Assembly (NCBI GenBank): GCA_951406725.2
Contig: OX597822.1
Coordinates: forward strand, 42,532,001-42,596,000
Direction: 5' to 3'
Length of the DNA stretch: 64,000 nt
DNA from: Octopus vulgaris
Taxonomy: Eukaryota
This document shows positions 61,701 through 64,000 of the stretch, piece after piece. Position 1 is the first letter of the stretch. Every line of letters begins with the position of its first letter. The translations under genes were made by a program, and so were the position numbers. The notes under the pieces are model-generated. The model saw only the letters and a program-made list of their open reading frames with translations, did not search any database and was not told where the DNA came from.

Positions 61701-64000
61701 CCTGACACACATGCACAAATAAATCCAGTGGCCGTAACACAAACATAGCAACAACCCCAAATGCTCTTTCCTCTTCTTAACACTTCAGCATAGAAGCTGC
61801 CCAATCCCCACCAAAGCCAAATGACATACCTGTAATAATGTACCTAGGATGCCCACATGTCCACACATCGCAGCAAAATGAAGAGGTGTGCGTCCTTTGA
61901 TGTCTTTGGCAGTGATTTCTGCACCATTGTGCAGTAATGCATCAACACATTCCTCGTGACCATTAGCTGCCTGCAACAACAAAAACAACAATTATTTAGA
62001 ATAATGCAAGTTTATGAATGCACACTGTGTACTTGTATGTGTGTGTGGAGATATATATATACATATAGGGGTTGGACAAAATAATGGAAACACCTAGCAT
62101 CATAACATCATAATTTTGAAATATCAATAAAACCGTCAAAAGCTTGTTTATTTTTATGCTTTTTGTGTGATGCTTAATATGTTTTGCTAAAATTGCTGTT
62201 TCTTTTCAGATACCATCAGGAAAAGTTAATGAAAATTCATTAAAATGACAGATCTATCGAACTTTCAAAGAGGTCAAATTGTTGGTGCTCATATGACAGG
62301 GGCTAGCCAACGAAAACAGCCAAAATGTATGGTGTATCAAAAAGTACTGTCTGGAAAGTAATGATGGCCTTTGAGAAAGAGGGAAAAACCTCCTCATTGA
62401 AACCAAACTATGAAAGAAAACCAAAACTTTCAGATAGGGACTGTCGGGCTCTTACATGAATTGTTAGAAAGTATTACAAAAGTATAGCTCTCAAAATTAC
62501 TGCAGAGCTTAATGACCACCCCAAGAACTCAATTTCCACAAAAACTGTTTGCTGGGAGCTGCACAAAGCTGGAATTCACGAGAGGGCTGCAATCAGAAAA
62601 CCACTACTTTCAAAAACAAACATTGCAAAGCATTTAGAGTGGAGTAAAAATCTACAGAATTGGTCCCTAGAGCAATGGAAGAATGTTATTTTCTTGGATG
62701 AGTCATCCTTTAACCATATTTCCAACCACCAGTCGATTATACATGTAGAAACAGCCCAAAAGAAACATTTGACCCAGATTGTCTCCTTCCAACTGTTAAA
62801 CATGGAGGAGGATCTGTGATGATCCGGGGATGCTATATCTTGGAAATCTGCCGGCTCAATGGTTTTCAACATATTTTATATGTAAATGTATGTACATATT
62901 ATATGCATATACACACATGAATATATGTATATTGATAGATAGAGAGAATTTTGTTAAGGTTATTTTCACAGATATTCTATAAAAATTATAGCCAGCACTG
63001 ACTTTTGCTATAACATTTCATATGGAGATGTGAGATGTAAACAAAAAATGAGATCGAAGACAAAAATGGGTAATGAGTGTTTTTGTGTTTGATTTCATTG
63101 TTTGTTTACATCTGACATCTCAATATGAAATGTAGCAAAAATCAGTGCTGGTTATAATTTCTATAGAATATCTGTAGAAATAACCTTAACAAAATAATGT
63201 AAAGAGCACTGCTAACACAGCAGAATGTGGTTTTGATTTATGAAAATATTCAGTATACTTTATAGTGTAGCGAGGCACAAAGAAGCCAGCACCATTCTGA
63301 AGCAACAGTGAGATCTCGCCTGCAACCATTGCCATACATGAAACAAAAACAAGATCTCGCCTGCAACCATTATTTAAGGAAAGACAACGACATTTCCTCC
63401 CTCGTTCTCCTCATGCTGACGCCGAGCAAAACTTTGAAGCCAGGAGCTGACAGCGGACTATTGTCCCGCTGTGATACCACATGCATTGTCTCCAGAGGTT
63501 ATTGAACCTCACGTGTATGGAAGAGAAGGCTAACTACACACTGCTGTGAAGATGGTTACTGAAAGCAAACCCCTTGTACGAAGCACCTGTGAATAAACGG
63601 TTATTGAATTTACTCTGCCTGAGAACTTCATTCTTCGTATTTCCAGCTCCTTGAATCAACAGAATAATTATAATGGAAGAAGAAGATACCCCAAAAGTAT
63701 CATAAAAACCTTCCTTCCATTATAAAAATATACTGTGTTTGCATAACGAAATACCAATAACTTACAAATCATTAATAGAGAGATAAATATCATTTAGTTT
63801 TCTGTCCACTCATTGTAATAAAAAAAAAATAAAAGAGATAAAAGCGTGTAATGGAAAAAGAGTGAAGGAAAAACATGCGTTAACTGACCCCTCTGTGTAA
63901 CGCCGTCCGTCCATGGATGTCTTTGTTGTTTACTATAGCACCTGATGTGATGAGATTTAACACAGCATCTACGTGGCCATTGGCAACAGCTAACATCAAC
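36323..64000 (-). CDS. ANKRD28: Serine/threonine-protein phosphatase 6 regulatory ankyrin repeat subunit (ANKRD28/44/52 family), 3' part; 11 coding exons in window, 5' part outside
   Basis: Exons 64000-63889, 61970-61830, 60900-60834, 60324-60243, 59607-59524, 58621-58476, 57318-57239, 57130-57048, 54927-54836, 53594-53472 and 36420-36323 have GT-AG boundaries and compatible phases. The spliced peptide is consecutive ankyrin repeats (GRTALHRG|[13 protein letters not shown]...[12 protein letters not shown]...TPLHAAAF...[10 protein letters not shown]) ending SDSEFY*, in the same order as the vertebrate ANKRD28 C-terminus (recalled). Confidence 0.93.
38679..39007. mobile_element. ~330-bp fold-back palindrome (MITE-like)
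   Basis: Arms of ~160 bp: taaaatataacctgtcttgaatggctc... / ...gagccattcaagacgggttatatttta, with a short central loop. Confidence 0.9.
39048..39290 (-). mobile_element. RTE-BovB-like LINE 3' end with two C2H2 fingers
   Basis: [22 protein letters not shown]...[22 protein letters not shown], then a tail caaccacc(TA)n. Confidence 0.62.
41648..41900 (+). mobile_element. Interspersed repeat (SINE-like); fragment also at 1-65 on the opposite strand
   Basis: ggcactctgttggttacagcgacgagcgttccagtt...gtgaaattaacg matches the reverse complement of window start 1-65. Confidence 0.7.
42405..42600 (+). mobile_element. Helentron/HINE-like non-autonomous element, 5' part
   Basis: Subterminal acctctgccaaggc and body shared with 59910-60195. 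Confidence 0.55.
43100..43500 (+). mobile_element. Three tandem tRNA-derived SINE heads (~120-bp period)
   Basis: gtggcttagtggttagggtg...ttcaattcctggac...tcttgagcaaaacacttcatt...ccagtccactcag x3; single copy at ~22620-22730. Confidence 0.8.
44240..44560 (-). mobile_element. RTE-BovB-like LINE ORF C-terminal fragment
   Basis: [25 protein letters not shown]...[13 protein letters not shown]...[10 protein letters not shown] matches the BovB-type ending WE..A.DR..WR...RIGL.SH.RTH. Confidence 0.72.
46045..46290. repeat. 24-bp minisatellite, ~10 copies
   Basis: Unit ggcacctggt(a/c/t)gtaacaggggaa(c/t). Confidence 0.92.
46886..46980. repeat. 21-bp tandem repeat, ~4.5 copies
   Basis: Unit ga(c/t)gagagagagtaaatatat. 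Confidence 0.85.
50863..51077. mobile_element. piggyBac-like MITE (TTAA-CCC...GGG-TTAA)
   Basis: ttaaccctttcgttacc...cagccgggttaa; diverged relative at ~17460-17675. Confidence 0.75.
52660..52955 (-). mobile_element. CR1/L2-like LINE ORF2 3' fragment
   Basis: CSELVGHIP...PYCVHP...[17 protein letters not shown]...FK resembles the LINE ORF2 terminus 'RT..LWNSLP...FK'. Confidence 0.65.
53472..53594 (-). CDS. ANKRD28: ANKRD28-like exon: [41 protein letters not shown]
   Basis: Family-typical [15 protein letters not shown] motif; accag| acceptor, |gtgagt donor, 123 nt, phase 1-1. Confidence 0.95.
54473..54629. mobile_element. mariner-type MITE
   Basis: TIRs aaaggggtggtgaaaagttcctggcttt / aaaccaggaacttttcaacactcccttt. 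Confidence 0.75.
54836..54927 (-). CDS. ANKRD28: ANKRD28-like exon: [30 protein letters not shown]
   Basis: tttcag| acceptor, |gtaagt donor, 92 nt, phase 2-1. Confidence 0.94.
55267..55735. mobile_element. Palindromic element: two head-to-head units of [tRNA-like head + (AAT)n + Penelope-type hammerhead tail]
   Basis: Arms of ~230 bp are reverse complements; A-box TGGCATAGTGG and B-box GTTCGATTCC; CTGATGA...GAAA core in each arm. Confidence 0.8.
55641..55687 (+). ncRNA. Minimal type-I hammerhead ribozyme-like motif (mirror copy on minus strand at 55314-55362)
   Basis: GACAC-CTGATGA-A-GGCTG(loop)CAGCC-GAAA-(C/T)GT-T-(G/A)TGTT: helix I GACAC/GTGTT, helix II GGCTG/CAGCC, palindromic ACGT helix III. 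Confidence 0.55.
57048..57130 (-). CDS. ANKRD28: ANKRD28-like exon: [27 protein letters not shown]
   Basis: ctttacag| acceptor, |gtaagt donor, 83 nt, phase 0-2. Confidence 0.92.
57239..57318 (-). CDS. ANKRD28: ANKRD28-like exon: [27 protein letters not shown]
   Basis: ttttacag| acceptor, |gtaaga donor, 80 nt, phase 1-0. Confidence 0.94.
58476..58621 (-). CDS. ANKRD28: ANKRD28-like exon: [48 protein letters not shown]
   Basis: tttcag| acceptor, |gtaggt donor, 146 nt, phase 2-1. Confidence 0.95.
59524..59607 (-). CDS. ANKRD28: ANKRD28-like exon: [28 protein letters not shown]
   Basis: tttttgcag| acceptor, |gtaact donor, 84 nt, phase 2-2. Confidence 0.93.
59910..60195 (+). mobile_element. Helentron/HINE-like non-autonomous element, 3' part
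   Basis: (CAAA)n microsatellite and terminal hairpin acctcagccttcgctaaggcagaggt followed by (AAT)n. Confidence 0.6.
60243..60324 (-). CDS. ANKRD28: ANKRD28-like exon: [27 protein letters not shown]
   Basis: ttgcag| acceptor, |gtaagt donor, 82 nt, phase 1-2. Confidence 0.93.
60834..60900 (-). CDS. ANKRD28: ANKRD28-like exon: [23 protein letters not shown]
   Basis: tttcag| acceptor, |gtaagt donor, 67 nt, phase 0-1. Confidence 0.94.
60966..61254. mobile_element. Diverged fold-back palindrome (MITE-like)
   Basis: aacatgtttgagtgcattt...gataag...tagtcct / aggacta...cttatc...gaatgcattcaaacatgtt. Confidence 0.75.
61830..61970 (-). CDS. ANKRD28: ANKRD28-like exon: [47 protein letters not shown]
   Basis: ttgcag| acceptor, |gtatgt donor, 141 nt, phase 0-0. 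Confidence 0.95.
62066..62865 (+). mobile_element. Tc1-family transposon, 3'-truncated and decayed
   Basis: TIR-like (C)AGGGGTTGGACAAAATAATGGAAACACC; transposase from ATG 62245 [15 protein letters not shown]...[18 protein letters not shown]...[12 protein letters not shown]...[10 protein letters not shown]. Confidence 0.88.
62948..63195. mobile_element. Fold-back palindrome (MITE-like)
   Basis: attttgttaaggttattt...cagatattctata...ccagcactga / tcagtgctgg...tatagaatatctg...aaataaccttaacaaaat. Confidence 0.85.
63266..63661 (+). mobile_element. Possible solo LTR
   Basis: Starts TGTAG and ends CAACA; GC-richer; internal direct repeat agatctcgcctgcaaccatt, TATTTAA-like box and AATAAA; no clear TSD. 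Confidence 0.45.
63889..64000 (-). CDS. ANKRD28: ANKRD28-like exon (truncated by window edge): [37 protein letters not shown]
   Basis: Ankyrin repeat; donor GGG|gtcagt, phase 0. Confidence 0.92.

Overview
AT-rich, repeat-dense eukaryotic DNA. The SINE, RTE, MITE and microsatellite content points to an Octopus (coleoid cephalopod) genome; this is an inference. I reconstructed two convergent multi-exon genes by hand from splice sites and reading-frame phases. (1) Minus strand, 64000->36323: the last 11 coding exons of a PP6 regulatory ankyrin-repeat subunit (ANKRD28/44/52 family, most like ANKRD28), ending ...SSDSEFY*, with a 17-kb last intron and a probable ~4-kb 3' UTR. (2) Plus strand, ~12.6 kb->28305: a small-exon gene that the ORF track misses. 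Its C-terminal helix aligns without gaps to the synaptonemal-complex protein TEX12. The rest is decayed transposable elements (Tc1/mariner, Gypsy, RTE, CR1/L2-like and CRE-like LINEs, Helitron, piggyBac- and MULE-like MITEs, tRNA-derived SINEs), fold-back palindromes and mini/microsatellites. The most unusual non-coding object is a ~470-bp intronic palindrome made of two head-to-head units, each a tRNA-like Pol III head fused to a Penelope-type minimal hammerhead ribozyme. No database searches were run; homologue sequences are recalled from memory.
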